Shown one piece after another: positions 53,545 through 64,000 of a stretch of DNA of 64,000 nucleotides (positions are counted from its first letter, which is position 1; each line of letters opens with the position of its first letter). The translations under genes were made by a program, and so were the position numbers. Below the pieces are notes generated by a model, which saw only the letters and a program-made list of their open reading frames with translations, did not search any database and was not told where the DNA came from. Source of the stretch: Escherichia phage FL31; sequence record PP400782; one strand, 5' to 3'.

Positions 53545-54462
53545 TCAGAATTCATTAATTACACTTGTTAATTTAGAAAGACCAGATTTTACAAAATATG
53601 AATAAATCTTGCCTTTAGGTTGTTGTTTATATGAGTTATAATACTCTATAATGGTTGAAGCAATATTATCAGGGATATAATCAAAATCAATGAGAACCAA
53701 ATTTTCTTGATACCGTTTATATTCTTCTGCACTTAATAATACTTCAGCTTGAGAACGATCGTTGGCAATTGCTTCAATAATCGTTGTTTTCATGCTCGGA
53801 GTTCGTTCACCATCAACTCTGGTAAACCAGAAATCGCCACGAACTCGAACAGATGCAACACCATCCTTACGGTCGCCTTTAAGAATTTTAGTCATGCAAT
53901 CAATTTCAGCAGAACCGTTCTTAATTTTAACCCATTTTTTCTGTGGTGGCGACCACTGTTTAACGTTAGGATATTTGTGTAATTGTGTAAAGTCACCATC
54001 TGATGCAACAATACATACCTTATGACCAGCTAATGACAAATATTTAGTTAATACACCGATATGGTCGTCCGCTTCATACTTGTCAATATCCATTACAACG
54101 TATGGCATGTATTTCTTAATCTCATCAACAACTTGATGGAGTGCAGTAAAATATCCTTCCCAATCCCACTTTGAAGCTTCACGATCGGTTTTACGATTTT
54201 TCTTATAATAGTAAGCAAAGTCACGACGCCAATAACCTGAAGTAGCATTATCCATACACAATACAAATTTTGTATAGCCTTGCTTACGGAACATCACTAC
54301 GTTTTTACGAATTGAATTCAAGATTACATGTCGAACCATTGGAACAGTAATTTTATCACCGTCTTCAAAGTTGTTTAATGCGGCTGCTAATGCAATGTTA
54401 CTAAAGTCAGCAAGTGCAATACCTTCTTTGTAATCTTCATCCAACATCATTTCTAAATCCAT
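53545..54462 (-). CDS. rnh: RNase H (5'-3' exonuclease, FEN family)
   Basis: 305 aa, the same as T4 RNase H; MDLEMMLDEDYKEGIALADFSNIALAAAL... matches recalled T4 Rnh. Confidence 0.9.
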   Translation of the reverse strand: MDLEMMLDEDYKEGIALADFSNIALAAALNNFEDGDKITVPMVRHVILNSIRKNVVMFRKQGYTKFVLCMDNATSGYWRRDFAYYYKKNRKTDREASKWDWEGYFTALHQVVDEIKKYMPYVVMDIDKYEADDHIGVLTKYLSLAGHKVCIVASDGDFTQLHKYPNVKQWSPPQKKWVKIKNGSAEIDCMTKILKGDRKDGVASVRVRGDFWFTRVDGERTPSMKTTIIEAIANDRSQAEVLLSAEEYKRYQENLVLIDFDYIPDNIASTIIEYYNSYKQQPKGKIYSYFVKSGLSKLTSVINEF

Positions 54463-54495
54463 ATGAACCTCTTGTTCAGTTAGTCAACTTGGACT

Positions 54496-54525
54496 ATAGT
54501 AACATACTAGTTCGAAAGCGTAAAT
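54496..54525 (-). promoter_or_regulatory. early promoter for rnh
   Basis: Minus strand ATTTAC, 18-nt spacer, TATGT-TACTAT-AGTC; divergent from the gene 34 late promoter. Confidence 0.5.
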
Positions 54526-54540
54526 AGTCTTTTACTCATT

Positions 54541-54548
54541 TATAAATA
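54541..54548 (+). promoter_or_regulatory. late promoter for gene 34
   Basis: Exact TATAAATA 35 nt upstream of the gene 34 ATG. Confidence 0.7.
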
Positions 54549-54582
54549 GTAAAATAGAACACATAATGATAAGAGGACTACC

Positions 54583-57500
54583 ATGGTTGACATCAAACGT
54601 AAGTTCAGGGCCGAAGATGGTCTTGACGCAGGCGGTGATAAGATAGTTAACGTTGCGCTTGCTGACCGCACAGTTGGCACCGATGGCGTGAACGTTGACT
54701 TTTTGGTGCAAGAAAACACCGTACAGAATTATGACGATACGCGCGCGTATACAAAAGATTTTATTGTTCTTTATGATAATCGTTTTTATCAAGCTTTAAG
54801 CGATATTCCAGCTCCGGCAGGCCCTTTCTCTTTGGGTAAATGGAAGGCAACTCGTACAGATGCAGATTGGATTACAGTTCAAGGCGGAGATTTCCAATTA
54901 TCAGTAGGTAACTCTATTGCGGTTGATACTTCAGCTGGCACTGATATTAATTTCACTTTGCCTCAAAATCCTTTAGATGGCGATACAGTTATTTTGTCTG
55001 ATATTGGCGGTAGAGTAGGCTATGTAAAAGTTCAAATTACTGCAGCGGCTCAAAGTATTGTAAACTTTAGAGGACAACAGGTTCGTTCAGTTTTAATGAC
55101 GCACCCAAAATCTAAAATGGTCTTCATTTTTAGCAACCGCCTATGGCAAATGTATATTTCTGATTATGAACGTAATGCAGTCACAGTAACTCCTGCTAAG
55201 CCGTATCAGGCGCAACCTAACGATTTTATCATTCGTCGTTTTACATCAGCCGCTCCTATTAATATTACATTGCCTCGCAATGCTAATAATGGCGATATTA
55301 TTAATTTAGTTGATTTAGACAAATTAAACCCGTTATATCACACAATTGTCAAAACTTACGATGATACAACTTCTATACGAGAAGCTGGTGTTCATGTAGC
55401 AGAAGGACGTAATACTGCGGAAGCGTTCTTTGTTTATGATTCTGCTAATAGCTTATGGCGTGTTTGGGAAGGTGACCAGAAATCTCGTTTACGTATAGTT
55501 CGTAATGATACTGATTTACGCCCTAATGAAGAAGTTCTTGTGTTTGGAACTAATAATGATACAATCTCGACGGTAAATCTTACTTTGCCTACAGATATTT
55601 TGTCTGGCGATACTGTTAAAATATCGTTGAATTATATGCGTAAAGGGCAAACTGTAAAAATTAAAGCTGCTGAAGGCGATACAATTGCTACCAGTATTTC
55701 TTTATTACAGTTCCCAAAACGTTCAGAGTATCCACCTGATGCACAATGGGTTTCTGTTAGTGAGCTGGAATTTAATGGCGATACTTCGTATGTACCTGTA
55801 CTTGAGTTAGCTTATATAGAAGATTATTCATCTGAAACAAAATATTGGGTAGTTCAACAAAACACTGTAACCGTCGAACGAGTCGATGCATCGAGCAATA
55901 CAACTCGAGCTCGTTTAGGTGTTATTGCTCTTGCTTCTCAAGAGCAAGCAAATGTTGATTTAGAAAATGCTCCTGGTAAAGAACTGGCTATTACTCCGGA
56001 AACATTAGCAAATCGTACAGCAACTGAAACTCGTCGTGGTATTGCTCGTATTGCAACAACTGCACAAGTTAACCAGAATACCGATTTTGCATTCCAGGAT
56101 GATTTGATTATTTCTCCTAAGAAATTGAACGAACGTACAGCAACTGAAACCCGTAGAGGTGTTGCTGAAGTTGCAACTCAGGCTGAAACTAATGCTGGCA
56201 CAGATGATACCACTATTATTACTCCTAAGAAATTGGATGCCCGTCAAGGTTCTGAAGTTTTATCCGGTATTGTAAAATACACATCTACGACTGGTACTAC
56301 AGCTGCTACTATTCGTGGTAATGCTGGGACTAACGTTTATAACAAATCCGTAGATAATTTAACTATTTCTCCAAAGGCTCTTGACCAGTATAAAGCTACC
56401 CCTACTCAACAGGGCTCAGTAATTCTTGCTATTGAAAGCGAAGTTATCGCTGGCGAATCACAAGCTGGTTGGGCTAATGCTGTAGTGACCCCTGAAACTC
56501 TGCATAAGAAAACTTCTACTGATGGACGTATTGGTTTAATTGAAATTGCTACGCAAGCAGAAACTAACACTGGAACTGATTATACTAGAGCAGTAACGCC
56601 TAAGACGTTAAATGATAGGAAAGCTACGGAAGGATTATCTGGTATAGCCGAAATTGCTACGCAAGTTGAATTTGATACTGGAACTGATGATACTCGTATC
56701 TCAACTCCACTGAAAATTAAAACTCATTTTGATTCTTCTGACCGTACCAGTGTTAATTCTGATTCCGGACTTATTGAAGAAGGAACCTTGTGGAACCATT
56801 ATACTCTTGATATTTCTAAAGCAAATGAAACACAACGTGGTACACTTCGTGTAGCGACCCAAGCTGAATCTAATGCAGGAACTTTAGATGACGTTCTTAT
56901 TACTCCTAAAAAGCTTTTAGGGACTAAGTCCACTGAAACATCTGAAGGTGTAATTAAGGTTGCTACTCAAGATGAAACTGTAACGGGAACTTCCACTAAT
57001 ACTGCTGTATCACCTAAGAATTTAAAATGGATTGTTCAATCAGAACCATCATGGACTGCTACTACAGCAATTCGTGGATTCGTTAAAACTTCGTCTGGTT
57101 CTATTACATTCGTTGGTAATGATACAGTTGGTTCAACACAACCTTTAGAATCATATGAAAAAAATAGCTATGCTATATCTCCATATGAATTAAACCGTGT
57201 ACTTGCTAACTATTTGCCATTAAAAGCAAAAGCAGCTGATAGTAATTTGTTAGATGGTCTAGATTCTCTTCAGTTCATCCGTAGAGACATCGACCAGACG
57301 GTTAATGGTTCTTTAAGTCTTACTAAACAGACCAACCTGAGTGCCCCTTTGGTATCTACAAGCACCGCTTCTTTTGGTTCCGAAGCATCTGTTACTCGTA
57401 GATTAACTCTTAATGACTCTAGCGGTTCCGAAATAGTTTTCACTAAAGGAACCCAATCTCTTAGTAATAAAGAGAATTTCGTTGTTAGAGTATGGGGTAA

Positions 57501-58416
57501 TAGCGCTACAGATGGTGCCCGCGATACAGTATTTGAAGCGGGTGACGAAACCGGATACCATTTCTATTCTCAGCGCGCTGCTGATAATAAAGTATCATTT
57601 AATATTAATGGAACACTTTATTCAACAGGTATTGTTTCTACAAATGGATTAAATGTTACAGGTGTTTCTACCTTTACCGGGTCTATTAGTGCTACAGGCG
57701 AAATTGTTTCTAGTTCTCCTATTGCATTCAGAGCTATTAACGGTAACTATGGTGTTATGCTTTATAACGCTGGTAACAGTTCTTATATTGCATTAACTAA
57801 CTCAGGTGACCAGACCGGGACGTTTAATAACTTACGCCCGATCACGATTAACAACGCCACAGGCTTAGTTCGTCTTGACAATGGTGTTCAAATCACAAGT
57901 GGTGCAACAATAACTACCGGCGGGTTAACTGTAAATAACAGAATTATTTCTAACGGCGTTAAAACTGCCACGGTTTATACCGATAAACCAACAGCTTCTA
58001 CTGTAGGTTTTTGGTCTATTGACATTAACGATTCTGCTGTATATAGCCAATTCCCTGGATACTGGACGCGTGATAACAAAGGTAACCGTGACCAAGAAAT
58101 TAAATATCCTGGTACTTTGACTCAATTCGGCAATAGCTTAGATTCGCTTTATCAGGATTGGATTTGTTATCCTACGGGTGCAAATGGTGGTAGTATTCGT
58201 TATACTCGTACCTGGCAGAAAAATAAAGATGCTTGGACTTCATTTGCAATGGTATTTGATAGTGGCAACCCACCTTCACCTAGCGATGTCGGTGCTATCC
58301 CATCTGATAATGCTGTTATTGGAAACCTTACTGTTCGAGACTTCTTACAATTAGGAAATGTGAGAATTGTTCCAGACCCGGTTAACAAAACAGTTAAATT
58401 TATATGGGTTGAATAA
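54583..58416 (+). CDS. 34: long tail fiber proximal subunit gp34
   Basis: 1277 aa (T4 1289 aa); internal roughly 35-40 aa repeats; TATAAATA at 54541-54548. Confidence 0.9.
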   Translation: MVDIKRKFRAEDGLDAGGDKIVNVALADRTVGTDGVNVDFLVQENTVQNYDDTRAYTKDFIVLYDNRFYQALSDIPAPAGPFSLGKWKATRTDADWITVQGGDFQLSVGNSIAVDTSAGTDINFTLPQNPLDGDTVILSDIGGRVGYVKVQITAAAQSIVNFRGQQVRSVLMTHPKSKMVFIFSNRLWQMYISDYERNAVTVTPAKPYQAQPNDFIIRRFTSAAPINITLPRNANNGDIINLVDLDKLNPLYHTIVKTYDDTTSIREAGVHVAEGRNTAEAFFVYDSANSLWRVWEGDQKSRLRIVRNDTDLRPNEEVLVFGTNNDTISTVNLTLPTDILSGDTVKISLNYMRKGQTVKIKAAEGDTIATSISLLQFPKRSEYPPDAQWVSVSELEFNGDTSYVPVLELAYIEDYSSETKYWVVQQNTVTVERVDASSNTTRARLGVIALASQEQANVDLENAPGKELAITPETLANRTATETRRGIARIATTAQVNQNTDFAFQDDLIISPKKLNERTATETRRGVAEVATQAETNAGTDDTTIITPKKLDARQGSEVLSGIVKYTSTTGTTAATIRGNAGTNVYNKSVDNLTISPKALDQYKATPTQQGSVILAIESEVIAGESQAGWANAVVTPETLHKKTSTDGRIGLIEIATQAETNTGTDYTRAVTPKTLNDRKATEGLSGIAEIATQVEFDTGTDDTRISTPLKIKTHFDSSDRTSVNSDSGLIEEGTLWNHYTLDISKANETQRGTLRVATQAESNAGTLDDVLITPKKLLGTKSTETSEGVIKVATQDETVTGTSTNTAVSPKNLKWIVQSEPSWTATTAIRGFVKTSSGSITFVGNDTVGSTQPLESYEKNSYAISPYELNRVLANYLPLKAKAADSNLLDGLDSLQFIRRDIDQTVNGSLSLTKQTNLSAPLVSTSTASFGSEASVTRRLTLNDSSGSEIVFTKGTQSLSNKENFVVRVWGNSATDGARDTVFEAGDETGYHFYSQRAADNKVSFNINGTLYSTGIVSTNGLNVTGVSTFTGSISATGEIVSSSPIAFRAINGNYGVMLYNAGNSSYIALTNSGDQTGTFNNLRPITINNATGLVRLDNGVQITSGATITTGGLTVNNRIISNGVKTATVYTDKPTASTVGFWSIDINDSAVYSQFPGYWTRDNKGNRDQEIKYPGTLTQFGNSLDSLYQDWICYPTGANGGSIRYTRTWQKNKDAWTSFAMVFDSGNPPSPSDVGAIPSDNAVIGNLTVRDFLQLGNVRIVPDPVNKTVKFIWVE
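56014..56030 (+). repeat. direct repeat copy 1 inside gene 34
   Basis: 17-mer cgtacagcaactgaaac, repeated 120 bp downstream; encodes the RTATETRRG start of a repeated structural unit. Confidence 0.5.
56134..56150 (+). repeat. direct repeat copy 2 inside gene 34
   Basis: Identical 17-mer cgtacagcaactgaaac, in frame with copy 1. Confidence 0.5.
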
Positions 58417-58424
58417 GAGGTTAT

Positions 58425-59549
58425 ATGGAAAAATTTATGGCAAGGTTTGGACATGGATACGTCCAAACGCCGTTTTTATCGGAAAGCAATTCAGTTAGAT
58501 TTAAGCTAAGTATAGCGGGTTCATGCCCGCTTTCAACAACTAATCCGTATATTTTGTTCCAAAACGAGCCTTTAGGGTTGCAGTCTTTTGGTATTGGACT
58601 AAATGTTAGGGTGATAAATCCTGAAAATGGAACTATAGTTGATAGTAAATTATACAATTTTGCGCCTACAAATAATGCAACTTCGGCAGCGTTTATTTCG
58701 TTTGTTAATACATACGCGGATAATTTCATTTTCGCATTTATTTCTAATAACAAATTTAATTTGCCACCAGAAATAATTGAATGGTTTAAAGCTGCTGGGA
58801 GTTCAGTTATACCGTCAATTGAAGTTGCTAGTCTTGTTGATATTTCATATTCAGCGTTTTATGTTTCAGGTAAAAATACTATTGCATTAGAACACATAAA
58901 ATACAGTAATAAGAAAACAATTTCTGATTACGCAACTCCATTAGATATTGTATATGACTCTATTGCTGATATAGGTGCTACCGGCTATCCTAGACGCACA
59001 TATGAAGCTCTAGAAACGTTTTTATCTCCTGTTGGAGGAACTAACAATGAAATAAAAAGGATGCCTACATCATCCCTTGTTACTCCTATCGCAAACTATG
59101 GATTAAAGCCTACAGATTTTCTTTATTTGAAATTTCAATTAATGGCTGATGAAGAATTATTAGAGGAAGGAACCACAAGACTTTCAATTCGTTTCTTTAA
59201 GTCTCCATCTAGCTCTCCTATATCATCTAAAGATATAAACTTTGATGGAACTGCTGGTGAATGGAAGTTATACGAAGAATATGTTGAAATACCAGCCGAA
59301 GCTGATGGCTTTACGGTATATTGTTACCGTACGGCCCCAGTCGGTCAAGGTGGACTAAGAAATGTTATTTTCACTGAAGTATCATGTAACGGAAGTATAG
59401 CAAAACCTGCCGAGTTTGGTATAAACGGTATTCGTGTTAATTACATTGATGAATCATTAACCGGTAATGATATAATGGACTTGCCTACTCAGTTATCTAA
59501 CGACACAGGTAAGGTATTTGGGCAGGAATTTAAAGAGTACACAGAATAA
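58425..59549 (+). CDS. 35: long tail fiber hinge (knee) protein gp35
   Basis: 374 aa (T4 372 aa); position 34-35-36. Confidence 0.85.
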   Translation: MEKFMARFGHGYVQTPFLSESNSVRFKLSIAGSCPLSTTNPYILFQNEPLGLQSFGIGLNVRVINPENGTIVDSKLYNFAPTNNATSAAFISFVNTYADNFIFAFISNNKFNLPPEIIEWFKAAGSSVIPSIEVASLVDISYSAFYVSGKNTIALEHIKYSNKKTISDYATPLDIVYDSIADIGATGYPRRTYEALETFLSPVGGTNNEIKRMPTSSLVTPIANYGLKPTDFLYLKFQLMADEELLEEGTTRLSIRFFKSPSSSPISSKDINFDGTAGEWKLYEEYVEIPAEADGFTVYCYRTAPVGQGGLRNVIFTEVSCNGSIAKPAEFGINGIRVNYIDESLTGNDIMDLPTQLSNDTGKVFGQEFKEYTE

Positions 59550-59570
59550 AGGAGACTTCGGTCTCCTTTT
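59549..59570 (+). terminator. terminator after gene 35
   Basis: AAGGAGAC-UUCG-GUCUCCUU then UU; overlaps the gp35 stop codon. Confidence 0.65.
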
Positions 59571-59574
59571 CGCG

Positions 59575-59582
59575 TATAAATA
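59575..59582 (+). promoter_or_regulatory. late promoter for gene 36
   Basis: Exact TATAAATA just 3' of the gene 35 terminator hairpin, 27 nt upstream of the gene 36 ATG. Confidence 0.7.
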
Positions 59583-59608
59583 CTTTAATATTAATAAGGA
59601 GACACGAA

Positions 59609-60265
59609 ATGGCCGATTTAAAAGCCGGAAGTACAGTTGGTGGTTCCGTCATATGGCATCAAGGCAATTTTCCTTTAATGCCAGCTGGCGATGACATCCT
59701 ATATAAAACATTTAAATTATACACCGAATATAACAAGCCAAAAGCGGCTGATAACGATTTCGTATCTAAAGCAAATGGTGGGACATATCTCAAAAAGGTA
59801 ATCTTTAACGAAGGTGTTGCAGTCAAAACAGCAGATGACCAAACGAATGGCATTTTTTCTGGCGGTGGTGACGCCGCGACATTCGACCAAACAAACATGG
59901 ATATTGTTTCGTGGTATGGTATTGGGTTTAAATCATCTCAAGGTACAGGTGAAAGAACTGTTGTAATTGATACTCGCACCGGTAATATAAGTTCTAAAGG
60001 CGTTATTGAAGCATCTCAATTCAGAGCCACAACGTTAGCACCTTTAAATAATTACGACCTTACTCGCAAAGATTATGTTGATAGTCAAATAAATACAGTT
60101 AATGCTAATGCAAACAGTCGTGTACTCCGTTCAGGAGATACGATGACCGGCGCGCTAACCGCCCCAAACTTTTTCTCACAGAATCCTGCATCTCAACCCT
60201 CGCATGTTCCACGATTTGACCAAATTGTTATTAAGGATTCTGTTCAAGATTTCGGCTATTATTAA
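59609..60265 (+). CDS. 36: long tail fiber distal connector gp36
   Basis: 218 aa (T4 221 aa); TATAAATA at 59575-59582. Confidence 0.85.
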   Translation: MADLKAGSTVGGSVIWHQGNFPLMPAGDDILYKTFKLYTEYNKPKAADNDFVSKANGGTYLKKVIFNEGVAVKTADDQTNGIFSGGGDAATFDQTNMDIVSWYGIGFKSSQGTGERTVVIDTRTGNISSKGVIEASQFRATTLAPLNNYDLTRKDYVDSQINTVNANANSRVLRSGDTMTGALTAPNFFSQNPASQPSHVPRFDQIVIKDSVQDFGYY

Positions 60266-60273
60266 GAGGACTT

Positions 60274-64000
<3,727 letters not shown>

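Overview
This window is a contiguous 64 kb stretch of a T-even (T4-type) myovirus genome, recognised by direct reading of the translated ORFs and by T4 gene order; no database search was run, and coordinates of motifs were checked against ORF-track start/stop codons. Plus-strand late genes run 13-14-15-16-17-18-19-20-67-68-21-22-23-24, then uvsW, 51-27-28-29-48-54 and 34-35-36-37-38. Minus-strand early/middle genes include rnlB, hoc, inh, uvsY, 25, 26, alt, DNA ligase (30), rIII, 31, cd, pseT, a spanin pair, alc, rnlA, denA, nrdB, nrdA, td, frd, 32, 59, 33, dsbA and rnh. The most unusual element is a 330-aa class-I DAHP synthase (AroF/AroG/AroH family) translationally coupled to dCMP deaminase in the variable cd-pseT region; I know of no counterpart at this locus in T4, so it is a candidate auxiliary metabolic gene. 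nrdB is split by a roughly 1.09 kb group I intron carrying an intact HNH homing endonuclease (I-TevIII-like), whereas td is uninterrupted. The tail-fibre tip is T2-type: gp37 ends in a self-cleaving intramolecular chaperone domain and is followed by a gp38 adhesin. Regulatory signals are dense and strand-aware: exact TATAAATA late promoters, MotA-box middle promoters, at least ten GTTTAC-N17/18-TAcTAT early promoters, and a family of C(UUCG)G hairpins. Several ORF-track starts are non-ATG or lie upstream of a promoter and were re-set to internal ATGs with Shine-Dalgarno support. No tRNA, rRNA or CRISPR array was seen.
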